64,000 nucleotides of DNA, taken from assembly GCF_009914755.1 (NCBI RefSeq), contig NC_060925.1. One strand, written 5' to 3'. The stretch's first letter is position 1; every line of letters starts with the position of its first letter. The translations under genes and the position numbers were made by a program. The notes beneath the pieces are model-generated. The model saw only the letters and a program-made list of their open reading frames with translations. It searched no databases and had not been told where the DNA came from. This document shows, piece by piece, positions 1-13,454 of the stretch. The DNA comes from the human T2T-CHM13v2.0 reference genome, Homo sapiens.

Positions 1-209
1 CCTTAGGGGACACTTGGCAATGTCTGCAGACATTTTTGACTATTGCAAGACAGGACGGAAGTAGGCAGAGAGGTGGCAGGTTTGCTACTGGCATCTAGTG
101 GGTAGAGACCAGAGATTCTTCTGAACATCCTACAATGCACAGGAAAGCCAGGCACAACCAATAATTATCCAGTCCAAAATGTCAGTAGTGCCAAGATTGA
201 GAAATATTG
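1..209 (+). mobile_element. MER20 (hAT-Charlie), 5' end cut by the window edge
   Basis: ggggacacttggcaatgtctg...gctactggcatctagtgggtagag...aacatcctacaatgcacagg...gtgccaagattgagaaa follows the MER20 consensus. Confidence 0.85.
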
Positions 210-1670
210 CCCCAAATCAATTATCTATTCAAGAAAGTACATATACTAATAAAAATGTAAGCACAAACAAAATCAAAACTCAGGACAATTTCTAGGCATT
301 TCACTTACACTGTTTCAACTCCTCCACAGCTACATACACATACACTAGTAGAGATGTCCCCTTTTCATTGTCAAGGGGCAGTGACAGTACATTCCTTATC
401 ACCTGTTATATAATGGCATAACATAGAACCAGTTTAAGAAATATGTAAAAAATCTGTAATCGCAGTAAATACAATATGACTTAAACAGAAAGATATACAA
501 AAATGAGTCTGAGTACAAAAAAAAATCTTGAATCAAATGCTTACTCATTGCAAATGGACACAATTCTGATATTCAATGTTTGAAGCTTGGCTCAATAACC
601 AAACCTAATACATTTCTGTTTATACTAAATTTAGAATTCATCAAGAATTTTCTGATTCTGCTTGAAATTATCTAAACTGTGTACTTAGAAATATATATTT
701 TCCATGGGCGCTTCCACTGTAGCCGTGAGTCACCTAGAGTTTATGCTCAGTTACACTAGTGTTAATGATTTAGGACAGTATATCTAATAGGTTGCGACAA
801 AAATTAACAACAGCCCATAATTAAAGATGTTAATTAGGATAAGCTTACACTAATTAATAGAAGAATTTATCCTTGGTATTTATTTTAACCATGATCAAGC
901 ATTACTTATTATTTTAATCATTACACGAACCAGTTACATGTGTTACAAATGAATATCAAACTACATACACAAGAATTTCCAGTCATAAGATCTGCAAAGA
1001 ATTATGGCAATGACTTTTGCATTATGACTCCACATTCCTCAATTCACACAAAAAAAATCAGATACAAACTATGGTGATGGTCATTGTAACATGAAAAAAA
1101 GACAAGTCTTGAATATCCACAAGCAGCTTTTCAACATCTAAAGTTGCCTCAAAAAGACATATCTGCCAAAATTCGTTGAAACTATGTAAAAAAAGTACAA
1201 ATTGTATTATCTCCGCCAGCTCCATCCAATGTTTAATATAAAGCACTAGCAATTTCTCTTCCCCCTGAAGTATTTGTGGTTAGGCAAATTAGCTGAAATG
1301 TTGACACACTAATGCCAAGTGAAATGCTTTCCTTGTATCAAATCTATATTCCTGATTGAGAATTAATCTTCCACTTGCACACCTGAGAAGAATGGCTCTC
1401 CACCAGGAGTGGTAGTTGCAATAATCACAGGCAATAAAGTATGTACCTTGTTAGTCTATCTAGTTATTTTATTCATATCCAGTGTGATATTTAGTAGAGG
1501 AACAATTTCAAACTGCCTTTTAATTTCAATTGTAACAAAATATTTGCTGAAAAGTGTTAAGGGAATCTGCAAATGCTCGTGTATAGGTTTCTTATAGGCA
1601 CTTTACAACTTGCCAATACACTTGACCACTGCTGCAATTTATGCTACATTTTTAAATTGTGAATAGGCCA

Positions 1671-2300
1671 TGTGATGGTTAATATTAATTTGACTGGATT
1701 GAGGGATACCTAGATGGCTGGTAAAGCACTGTTTCTTGATGTATCTATTGCGGTGTTTCCAGAGGAGATTGACATATAAGCCAGTGGACTGAGAGAAAGA
1801 CCTACCCTCAATGTAGGTGGGTACCATCCAATCAGCTGCAGGTGTGTCTACAGTAAAGCAGACAGAAGAAGGGGGATATTCAGCTTGCAGGCTTTTCTTG
1901 CTTTGTGAGCTGCCTCTCTCTTTCTCTTCCAGTGCAGAATGCCCTTTCTTCCTCCTGCCTTTAGACATCAGACTCTAGGTTCTTTAGCCTTTGGACCCTG
2001 AAACTTGCAGCAGTGGTCTCTGGGGGATCTGGGGGTTCTCAGGCTTTCAGCCTTAGACTATGGGATGCACTGTCAGCTTCCCTGGTTTTGAAGCTTTGGG
2101 ACTTGGACTGAGACATAGTATCACCTTCCTTGGGAGACATACTAGTGGCTTCTATCATTCTATAGCTTGCTGACAGCCTGTCGTGGGACATTGCCTTTAT
2201 AATGATGTGAGCAAATTCTCCCTAATACATTCCTTTTCATACACACACAGACATGCACCTCCTATTGGTTCTTTTCTTCTGGAGAACCCTGACTAATACA
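1671..2300 (+). mobile_element. MLT2 (ERVL) solo LTR, probably MLT2B-type
   Basis: TGTGATGGTTAAT start, GAGAACCCTGACTAATACA end, 5-bp TSD ggcca/gacca. Confidence 0.85.
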
Positions 2301-2861
2301 GACCATGTCTAGCTTGATCTGAATAGACTTCGCAATATTTGACAAGCATATCTTCTCTCTCTTTTCACCATGTCAGTTCACTTTACAAAGAGTTTTCCTT
2401 ACCTCCCACAATTTTAGCCAATATACTTTAAATACAATAAGGAGCTTACAGCCAACAGCTATTTTAAAATGGTAGACAAAGTCCTTTTTATAACACTACA
2501 TGACTTCTGATCCTGACAGAGATGGAGCAGCCTTATTCCTCCCAGTTCTCTTTCTATAATTAAAAAGCCCTGAACATAACAAAACAAATAAGTGTAAGAT
2601 GACTTTGCGAAGTAGGTAGAAGAAAAAAAATTAGGAATCTGAGGACTTGAGGAACAACATGGCAAATTCCCTAGTTTTCGTTGTTGTTTTAATATCCAGA
2701 AACATCTAACGTAGAACCACCAACAGGCACAGACAAAATAAGCTCCAAGGAAAGGCTTATTTTCCTAGACAGAAGATCAGGAAAATGTTGGCCTACAAGA
2801 GAAAACCTTTTTAGCAAAAAGTACCTGTCATACTTTAGCCAAACTCCAATGGAAAAACCAA

Positions 2862-2925
2862 ACACACACACACAAGCACACCCATACACACACACACACT
2901 CTCTCCCCACACACACTCACACACA
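2862..2925. repeat. Imperfect (CA)n microsatellite
   Basis: Several acac runs. Confidence 0.85.
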
Positions 2926-4546
2926 TTCATAGTTCCAGCAGCCGAGCTCATCAGGGAGCTAATCTTTCACCCCACCCTCTCACCCAACAGAAGTAAGCAG
3001 TAGTTTTTGATTCCCTTTCACAGTGGTGTTGACAGGGCCAAGAGGCAGCTAACCTTCTATTCCCACTGGCAGAAGCAGTCAGTGTTCCAATTCCCCTTGC
3101 CTGGTGGTTCCAATAAACCAAACAGAGAGCTGATCTTCCATTCTCCACTTGTTGAAACAGGCAGCTGTCTAACTGTAGGTAGGGGTGGTTTTGATGAGAC
3201 CAAATAAGGAGCTTATTTTCTGTCCTCTGCTCAGTGGAAGTTGTGCCACTCTGATTCTCTTTTCTAAATAGTATTGGCAGAGTGAGCAGAGGGCTGATCT
3301 TTCATCCCCTGTCTGAAAGGAGTCAGCCATGCTCCAACTCTTTACTAAGTTAGTGTCACCTCAGCCCAGCAAGTAGCTAAACCATCTCCACCACCCCTAC
3401 CTGGTAGCAGCAAGACTTAGTGAAGTGGTGCAAGGCAGGACTAGTCAGCACATTACATTCCCCCCGGCTCTGGCAGGGCCCCAGTCAGGAGCTGAAGCTC
3501 AACATCCACCCAATATTAACAAGACTAAACAAGGACACGAGAGTCAGGGCTCATCAGCACTTTACTTTACTCCAACCTCTGGTGTCAGTGGGACCAAGGA
3601 GGGAATGAACCTCTCCACTCTCTTCACAGCACAAGACCACATGAGGTGGTGTGTGTCAGGGTTAGTCTCCATTCTGTTCCCACCCCACCCTCACTAAGTG
3701 AGCAGGGCCTAGAGGGGAGCTGAGCCCCTACTCCCAGTGGTATTAGTGAGACTGTGTGCTAGGTGTTAGGGCCAATCAATACTCTACATCCTTTTTCCCT
3801 TTCTTGTGAATTGGACCCAGTTCACAAGAACTGGGAGAGTTCTGGAGAGAAGCAGAACCTTCTCTCACACCTGGCATCAATGAGGCAGAATAAGGTGATA
3901 GGAGGAGGGTTACTTGACACTCCATTCCCCACCTCCCCTGGTGTCACAGAGACCAGCAGGAAGCTCAGCTTCCACCCCTACCCTGCAGCAACAAAGTAGT
4001 GTGAACAAGCAATGAATTTTTCCCTTCCGTGGCTCAGTGGGGAGTTAGGAATATGTCACCATGAGGGGCAACAAGGCAGCAGCAATAGGCGGCCCGCTTT
4101 CACTGGGAAGGGGTCAACAGGGAAGCTGAAGTTTCACCCTACCCATCTGCTGCAGTGTGAGTCAGTGCTCCACTTCTGCTGGATGATGTTGGCAGTGACA
4201 ACGGGGTGATGAATGAACATACACACCCACCTGGCCTCTGTGCACACCTCAATGTAAGGACAGCTTCTGAATAAAAAAAGAAGATGAATTTGGATCCAGA
4301 GTCTCATACTACGATACCCAAAACATCCAGGATATAATAAAAATCACTTGTCATACTAAGAACCATCAAAATAACAACTTGAATGAAAGAAGAAGATCAA
4401 CAGATGCCATCAGTGATATGAATCATATGTTGGAATTATCAGGCAAGGATTTTAAACCAGATACAATAAAAATGCATCAACAAGCAATTGTGAATTCTTT
4501 CAAGCAAGAAAAAAAATGAGAGAAACCCCAGCATAGAAATAGAAGT

Positions 4547-4568
4547 TATATATATATATATATATATA
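4547..4568. repeat. (TA)n microsatellite
   Basis: Uninterrupted tatata run. Confidence 0.9.
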
Positions 4569-6727
4569 AAAGATCCAAACGGAAACTAAATAACTGAAAC
4601 ATACAACCATTGAAACAAACTCAAACTTGCTATATGGGTTCAAGGGTAACAGGAAGATGACAGGATTCCTGAACCTGAAGGAAATCAAAAGAATTTACCT
4701 AATTTGAACAAATAAGAAAAGAGAGATTAAAAGGAAAAAAAAAAACTTGAAGAGAGCTTCAAGAACCAGTGAGTTAAAAACAAAAGAGTTAACATTTGTA
4801 TAACTGGAATCCTAGAATAAGAGGAGAGAATGGCAGTGAAAATGTATTCAAGAAAGAATGTCTGAAAATACTGAAAATATGGCAAAAGACATTAACAAAC
4901 ACATGCAAGAAGCTGAGCAAATCTCATACAATAGGATAAAACCAAGGAAACTCATGCTAGGGCTTTCACTATTAAACTGCTAAATACAAAACAAGCAAAG
5001 AGAAAACCTTGAAAGCAGCCAGAGGAATGATGTAAAACTTATAAGTAAATACCAGTTCAAATGACAACAGATTTCTCATCTGAAAAATTAGAAGCCAGAA
5101 GGAGTGGCACAACATTTATCAAGTAATGAAAGCAATTAACTGTCAATCATAAATTTTATATCCAGCAAAAATATCCTTTCGGAATGAAGGAAAAATCAAG
5201 ACACTCTCAGATGAGTGAAAAATAAGAGTATTTGTTTTCATCAAACCCATTCTTAAAGGATGACTAAAGGAAGTTCTTTAAATAGAAACAAAATGATAAT
5301 AAAAGCTTCAGAACTTATAAAGAAAATAAGAATATCAGAATGAATAAAATTAGGGGGAAATAAGTTAGACTTTCCCTCTTATTAGTTTGCTAGATAATAT
5401 TTCACGGTTGAAGCAAAAATTACAACTCAGTGTAATGTGATGCTCACTGTATGTAGGGGAAACACTTAAGACAATTATACTGAAAAGGTAGAATGAGTAA
5501 AGGACCTAAGTGGAAATAAAAGTACACTTTAATGGAAGTAGTAATATGTCCATGTCAGTAGATAAGTGACTTACATATACTTTAATACCTAGAGCCACTA
5601 AAAACACTATACAAAAAAGATATACCCAAAATGCTGTTAAAACACCAAGATAGAATCCTAAAATGTGTTCACGTAACCTACAGCAAGGTCAGAAAAGAGA
5701 AATGCAGAGACCCACAACAGACAAGAAATAGAAAAAATAAAATTGCACACATAAGGCTAGCATATCAGTAAGAATCTCAGATGTAAATGGTCTAAATATA
5801 CAAATAAATGACAGAGATTAGCAGAGTGTATTAGAATATAAACTTAATTTTTAAAAAAGTATCCAAAAAATATGCTATCTGTACAACATTCACTTCATGG
5901 ACATCAACACAGGTCAGTTGAAATTAGTAATCAGAAAAATATATCTGCAAACATTAATCAAAAGAAAAAAGGAATAACTAGTAACTATCAAATAGCATAG
6001 ATTTCAGAACAAACCAAATATCTAGAGGTTAAGAGGGACATTACATAATGATAAAATGATATCTCCACTAGAAAGACCTAATGATCCTAAACATGTATGC
6101 ACCTAACAACAGAACTTTAACATGCATGAAGCAAGACTGATACAGCTGAAAGGAGAAATAGATAAGCCCACAATTAAATCAGGGACGTCAACAGCAAACT
6201 CTCAGCAATTGATAGAACTAGTAAAAAGGACATCATTACAATATAGAATCACTCAAGAAAAGTATACAAAGTAGATGTACTTAGTTCTATTTATAAGAGA
6301 ATTGGTTTTCTTCACACCTACTCTTAAATAATGACTAAAAGAAGTTCTTTAAATAGAAATAAAAAGATAACAGAAGATTTATATGTGTATGCATCTGTGT
6401 TTGTGTGCGTGTGTAAACACAAAACAAACTATACACATTAATTTCAAATACTTGTGAAACTTTCACCAAGATAGACTACATTCTGGCCTGTTAAAAAATC
6501 CTGAACAAATGTTAAAGAACTGAATTCACACTGAATGTGTTCTCTGATTGAAAATGATTCAAATTTGAAATCAATAACAGAATTATAATATTTAAAATCT
6601 CCAATTTATTTGAAACTAAACAATACATCTCTATATAACCCATGAGTCAAAAAGAAAGTTGTAAAAGAAAATTTTGAAAACCTCAAAGGAAATTTCAAAA
6701 ACATAGAACTGAATGCACATGAAAATA

Positions 6728-7161
6728 TAGCTGACCTTTGAACAACACAGGTTTGAACTACACAGATTCACTTATATACAAATTTTCTTCTGCCTTTGCC
6801 ACCTGAGACAACAAGGCCAACCCTTCTTTCTCCTCCTCCTCAGCCTACTCAATGTGAAAATAATGAGCATGAAGACTTATATAATGATCCACTCCCACTT
6901 AATGAATAGTAAATATATATTTATCTTCCTTATAATTATCTTAACAATGTTTTCTTTCTCTATTTAATTATAAGAATACAGCACGTAAAACATATAACAT
7001 GCAAAATATGTGTTAATGGACCATTTATCTTATTGGTAAGGCTTCCATTCAACAGTAGGCTATTAGTAGTTACATTTTGGGGTGGTCAAAAGTTAAATGC
7101 AAATTTTTAACTCCATCGGGAGTCAATACCCCAAGCCCTCATTTTGTCCAAGAGTCAAACA
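6728..7161 (+). mobile_element. Tigger2a (TcMar-Tigger MITE)
   Basis: TIRs tagctgacctttgaacaacac...ttgtccaagagtcaaaca, TA flanks, 434 bp, internal cagcctactcaatgtgaa. Confidence 0.85.
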
Positions 7162-8061
7162 TACAACATAATAAAATATGTCAGATGCTGCTAAAGCAGC
7201 GTGGAAGGGGAAATTTATTGCACTAAACTAAATTAAATACTAAATTAAATTACACATTAAATTACAACACTAAGCTAAATCTAATACTTATATGAGAAAA
7301 GAGGAAGGATCTTAAAACATTAAGTTTCTACCTCAAGAAACTAGAGAAAGAAGAGCAAATCAATTCAGCACTATATAAAAGGAATTGTATACTACATATA
7401 CTATAATTGTATACTATGACCAAGTAGGATTTATTTCAGGTATGTAAGGTTGGTTCAACAATTGAAAATCAATCAGTGTAATCAACCACATTAATAGACT
7501 AAAGAAGAAAAATCATATAATCATATCAATTGAATCAGAAAATGCCTTGTGACAATATTTAATACTCAAAACTCCAAGAAATTAGGAATAGAGAGGAACT
7601 TCATTAATTTGATAAAGAACACTTACCCAAACAATCTACAGCTAACATCATACTTAATGGTGAAAGTTGAACTCTTTTTCTTCCTAAGATTAGGAACAAG
7701 AAGAGCAAGAATCTCTGCTCTTACCTTTCTTATTCAACATACTACTAAAAATTCTAGTCACTGCAGTAAGGAAAAAGAAATAAAAACTACATATTGGAAA
7801 GATTAAAAAAACTGCTCCAAATTCAGATGTCATGATTGTCTATGTAGAAAATTCCAACAAATAAAGAATTTCCAGAACTACTATAAATGTGAGTTCAGCA
7901 AAGTTTTGAAATACAAGATCACCCTAGAAAATTCATAACATTGCTATATACCAACAATAATCATGCAGAAGCCAAAATTTAAAACACAAAACCAATTACA
8001 ATCACCAAAAAGAAAATGAAACACTTTATGGGTAAGCTCAACAAAACAGGTGCAGGATGTA

Positions 8062-8441
8062 TGATATAGTTTGGCTGTGTCTCCACCCAAATATCATCTT
8101 GAACTGTATAATCCCCATAATCCCCACGTGTCTAGGGAGGCACCTGGCGGGAGGTGATTAGATCATGGGGGCAGTTTCCCACATGCTGTTCTCATGATAG
8201 TGAGTGAGTTCTCACGAGATCTGATGGCTTAATAAGGGGATCTTTCCCCTTCACACCTCACTCTTCTCTCTCCTGACGCCACGTGAGGAAGGTCCTTGCT
8301 TTCCCTTCACCTTCCACCATGATTGTAAGTTTCCTGAGGCCTCCCCAGCCATGTGAAACCAAGTCAATTAAACCTCTTTTCTTTATAAATTACCCAGTCT
8401 CTGGTAGTATCTTTATAGCAGGGTGAGAACAGACTAATACA
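8062..8441 (+). mobile_element. THE1 (THE1D-like) MaLR solo LTR
   Basis: TGATATAGTTTGGCTGTGT...GACTAATACA, 380 bp, perfect 5-bp TSD ATGTA. Confidence 0.88.
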
Positions 8442-8948
8442 ATGTATGTGCTAAAAATTACAAAATGCCAATAAAAGAGGACCTAAATGGTGATACTTAC
8501 ACCATGTTTATATATTAGAGGACTCAATATAGTAAAAGATTTCAAATCACTCCAAATCCATCTATAGATATAATGCAATTCCTATCAAAATCTAAACAAG
8601 ATATTTTGAAAACATCAACAAGCTTATTGTGAAATTTATATGGAAAATCATAGGCCCTAAAAGGTTTATTATTTTTTGTAATTGAAATAGCAGGATAAAG
8701 TAGAAGGAGTCGCTCTACTAGATATTATAGCTCACAGTACTCAAGAACATGTGGAATTGGTGGAAGGATATACATAGAATTCTGAAATAAATCAACATAA
8801 ATATCTTCTACTAATTTTTGACAAATGTGCCAAAGCAATTCAGTGAAGGAAGGATATAGCCTTTTCAACTAAGGGCTATTTGGACATCCACTGCTCAAAA
8901 CCAAATCTCACACCTTAAAAAAATATTAACTCAAAGTGAAACATAGGC

Positions 8949-9486
8949 TTTTTTTTTTTTTTTTTTTTTTAAGACAGGGTCTCACTCTGTTGCCCAGGCT
9001 GGAGTGCAGTGGCATGATCTCTGCTCACAGCAGCCTCAACTTCCTGAGGTCAGGTGATCTTCCTTCCTCAGCTCCTGAGCAGTTGGGACTACAGGTGCAC
9101 TCCACTATGCCTGGCTAATTGTTTTTGTATTTTTAGTAGAGACGAGGTTTCACCAAGTTGCCCAGGCTGGTCTCAAACTCCAGAGCTCAACTGATTCTCC
9201 CACCTCAGCCTCCCCCATAGGTGGAACTACAGACACACAGCACCATGCCCAGCCAATGTTTTGTAAAGAAAAGGTGCCCAGGCTGGTCTCAAACTCCAGA
9301 GCTCAACTGATTCTCCCACCTCAGCCTCCCCCATAGGTGGAACTACAGACACACAGCACCATGCCCAGCCAATTTTTCGTAAAGACAAGGTGCCCAGGCT
9401 GGTCTCGAAGTCCTGGGCTCAAGCAATTCACCCACCTCAGCATCCTGACGTGTGGGGATTACAGGCATGAGCCACCATGCCTGGCC
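8949..9486 (-). mobile_element. Composite AluJ-type element with four monomer-like units
   Basis: Poly-T tail, Alu right arm, two 116-bp tandem copies, then a left-arm end (gagccaccatgcctggcc). Confidence 0.85.
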
Positions 9487-12400
9487 TGAAACACATACTT
9501 AAATTTAACAATATAAAATAAAAAAAATCTTTTAGAAAAAATACTCAGGATTTAGGGTTAGGCAAGACTTCATAGACTTGACATGGAAAACACAATACAT
9601 AAGAGGAAAGATTGATAAATTGGACCTAATCAATCTCAGCAAAACCCTGTAAAAAGAATAAAAACAGCAAGCTACAAATAAGCAATCAAATTAGAAAATG
9701 GGCAGAAGACATGGGGAGACATCACCGAATTGGACATATGAATGGTAAATAAGCACATGAAAATATGCTGAACACCATTAGTCATTAAAGAAATGCAAAA
9801 TAAAACCACAGTGATATATTATCTATCAGAATGGCTAAAATGTTATTTTAAATAGTAAAATAAATGTAGCCTTTATTTTAAATGCTACAAAGGATGTGCA
9901 CAATCTGGAGCACTCATACATCACTGGTGGGATTCTAAAATGGAACAGCCACTCTGGAAATGAGTTTCTTAAAACACACACATGCAACTGCCATACGCTA
10001 TTGCACTCTTGAGCATTTATTCCAGAGAAACGAATATGTATGTTAACAAAAACATCCACACGAATGCTTTAACTGTGTTTGATACAACCCAAAACTAGAA
10101 TTAACCTAGATGTCCTTCAATGGGTGAAGGGTTAAACAAACCATGGTACCCACATACCGTGGAATGCTATGCTGCAATAAGGTGGACTATCAATGCCCTT
10201 AACAACTTGAATGAATCCCCACGGAATTATGTTGAGTAAAAAAGAAAGAAACAATCCCAAAAGAGTACATATTGTGTGATGTCATGTATACAACATTTTG
10301 AAAAGACCAAATTTTAGAAATAGAGTACAAGTGAGTGGTTGCCAGAAGTTAGGGACACCTGTGGCAGCAGTAGGGGAAGGGAGACAGTGGGCATGGTTAT
10401 AAAAAGGCAGCTTGAGGTGTCCTTGTAGGGATGGAACTTTTCTGCAACTCGGCTGTGGTGGATAAAATTTTAATAAAATCATATGGATCTAAACATATAC
10501 ACATAGGAATATATGAAAAATGGGAAATGTGAATAATATTGGTTATATTAATGTCCATATCCTGGTCGTAATATTGTACCATAGTTATAAAAGATGTTAC
10601 TGATGAGAACAAATGAGTAAAGGGTACATGGGACTTCTGTATTATTTCTCACAAGTGCCTGTGAACCTACAATTATCTCAGGAAAAAGTTTAATTAAGAA
10701 TAAACAAATAGGTGGATATGTTTATGCCACAGATTATGGTGATACTTTCATGGGCATATATTTATCTTTAGACTCATTAAGTTGCATACATGCAACATGG
10801 ACAGACTTTTCTATGTCAATCAGACCTCAATAAAGTGGTTTTAAAAATATGCAAACCAACAAGCACTACCTATACTAGACCTCTCCAAGTTCGGTACTCC
10901 CCAGTTTTCAAAGTGTATGGGGTCTTGTGTTTCTTTAATATTTATAAATGCATCTTGCCACCTACCTTGTTCTCAGATTGTTGCAGGTATTTCAGAGGAT
11001 TAAATTATAATGGTCACTAGTTTTCTCAATATATGTTCCCATAGATTTCATCTCATTTGCAGCTAATTCCTTTGATTGTCCTTTTCTACCTACCTTGTAT
11101 TCAACCCAGACACTGAACACCACCCCTTTTTATAAATTCCCTAAAGTGCTAGCACTCCAAAATGGTTGCATGGAACATTTTGGCCAAATAACTGGAATAA
11201 CACAATGGGTTTATATCCCAGACAAAAACAACCTAAAATTACCTACTATACATCCATAATGTAAACTTTCTTGGTCACCTCTACCACAGTGAAATTGGCA
11301 TGGGCTGACTCTCCTTCTCAGGTTCCTTGGCTTTCCATCAAGGAAAACATGGGTCTTGAATTTTGCCCCAAATCCCTAGCTATGTCACATGACTTCCATC
11401 TCTCCTTCCTCTCCTCCTTCCTTCTTTTCTTGCTCTCTTCTGTCCTTCCCTCTTTCTTTCCCTTCCTCCCACCCCAGGTTGATAACAATTGAACACTAAG
11501 TATAAGCAAAACTGAACCAATTATTTCTTTGTCCTTCTAGAACACACTGTTTGACTTTTTTCAGAAGTATGTCATGTAATCATTAGAGAGCAGAATGAAA
11601 TTGCTGTCTAACATAAGACATTACATATATTTATATATACATATTTGTAAATACTAATAATTTTTCACAGTTGTTGTTAAATAATTCTAAAATTAGCTAA
11701 TCTATTAAAGCTTTTCATTCTTGGAAAAGTTGTCTTAATTTTTTTAATGTTAATTACTCTGTCTTTGGCTTATGTGGATATTTAAACTTGCCTTGAACAT
11801 ATGCCCTTATTATGCATCCAGGACACTACAGCTGCATAGAATACTTTTGAATGTTGCACTTTAGAGAAAGAAATGCCAAGGGAAACAGTAAGGAAAAATA
11901 AAACTACTCAAGTCCATGTTTAAATAAAGTCATAATCTCCATTCCACTACTGAGTGATACATTCCATAGACCAAATTCTGCCCTAGGTTATATGCACACT
12001 GTTCTTCCTGACGTTAGTGCGAATTGTTCATGTATAACTGAAGGCATCAGTTAGCCCTTTGGGCACAAAAATGACTATCCACAAAAAAAGCAAAAATAAT
12101 TTAAGTCTTATTGTATTTGGCTTTTAGGTGAAAATGATATAATATAAATGACAATTCCATTAGATAATACAGGTTTCAAAAGCACTACCATCAAATCCCA
12201 ACCATTACAAATTTGACAGAATTACCATAGTGGCATTTTCAAGACTAGAGATTGTTAAAAAAAAAAAAATCAGTGGACATTGGAACATAGTCTTCTATTT
12301 ATAGCAATTTTCAATTTTAGTAGTATATGTGATATATGTCCCATATGATATTTGTATATATTTCCTTTTACATATATTATACAATTTATAGCTATTGGCT

Positions 12401-12683
12401 GAGAAACCACCATTTTCTAGCAGAAATTATTAATTGCTAATTCTTCTTCAAATATCAGTTTTCATGTTTAAATGTTAATTTATTCATGGCTTGCTGTAGG
12501 TCTTGATTGGAAGTGTTTCCATAGGGAAGTTTTCAATGAACTTAAATCTTTGCTATAAAATATTAGACTGATGATAACATTCAGACTGGCAAAAGGCAAA
12601 CACTACAGTGTGACTTGTGATAATCTTCTTACACACACTAGCTAAACAAAACTCTTTTTAAGCGTATACATATATTGCGCATA

Positions 12684-13388
12684 CAGTAGTCCCCCTTTAT
12701 CCATTGAGGATATGTTGCAAGACTCCCAGTGAATGCCTGAAACCGTGGATATTACTGAACCCAATATATGCTATGTTTTTTCCTATACATACATACCCAA
12801 GATAAAGTTTAATTTTTATAAATTAGGCCCAGTAAGAGATTAACAATAACTATCAAAATAGAATAATTATAACAATACATTGTTCAGAATTTCATGGACA
12901 GAAGATACATTCTTACACTGAAGTTCTTAGTAATTTCAGCATATGATCTTTTCTCTTTCATTTGTTAAGTTGAGAGTGTTTACCTTTTCACTTAAAAGAG
13001 GGACTTTATGGCTTCTTGGCATAGCCAAATTGCCAGCATTACTATTATTGCACTTTGGGGCCATTAAGAAGTGAAATACAGTTTCCTTGAACACAAGTTA
13101 CAACTGTGATACAGCAACAGCTGATCTGATTACTAAGAGAGCTACTATGTGACTGAAGGGCTAGGAGCATAGACAATATGGAGAAGCTGCTGGACAAAGG
13201 GATGCTTCACCTCCCAGGCAGGAGGTATGGTGACCACCTCACATGTCATCACACTACACAGAACAGCACCCAATTTAAAACTTATGAATTGTTTACTTCT
13301 GAAATTTTCCATTTGATATTTTCAGACTGTGGTTGACTGTGGGTGACAAACAACAGAAAGCAAAGCCAAGGGTAATGGAGTACTACTG
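12684..13388 (+). mobile_element. MER44 (C/D-size, Tigger7-derived) DNA element
   Basis: TIRs CAGTAGTCCCCC...GTACTACTG with TA target duplication, 705 bp. Confidence 0.8.
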
Positions 13389-13454
13389 TATACTAATGGC
13401 TACACAGTTTAATAACAGCTACTAAATAGATTTGATTAGAAGCAGGTGAAACAA

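Larger units (their letters stand above)
2470..10700 (+). mobile_element. Ancient, nearly full-length degenerate L1 (3' end L1MC1/2-like), antisense to USH2A, interrupted by Tigger2a, THE1 and Alu
   Basis: GC-richer 5'UTR-like region ~2500-4250, A-rich ORF1 remnant ~4300-5330, ORF2 remnants from ~5770. L1MC-type 3'UTR (atatcctggtcgtaatattgtacc...gggtacatggga...acaattatctc). Boundaries approximate. Confidence 0.75.

Noticed and set aside
9159-9406. Regularly spaced repeats as a CRISPR-like array
   Set aside because: Whole units are duplicated Alu sequence with no unique spacers, in a eukaryotic context.
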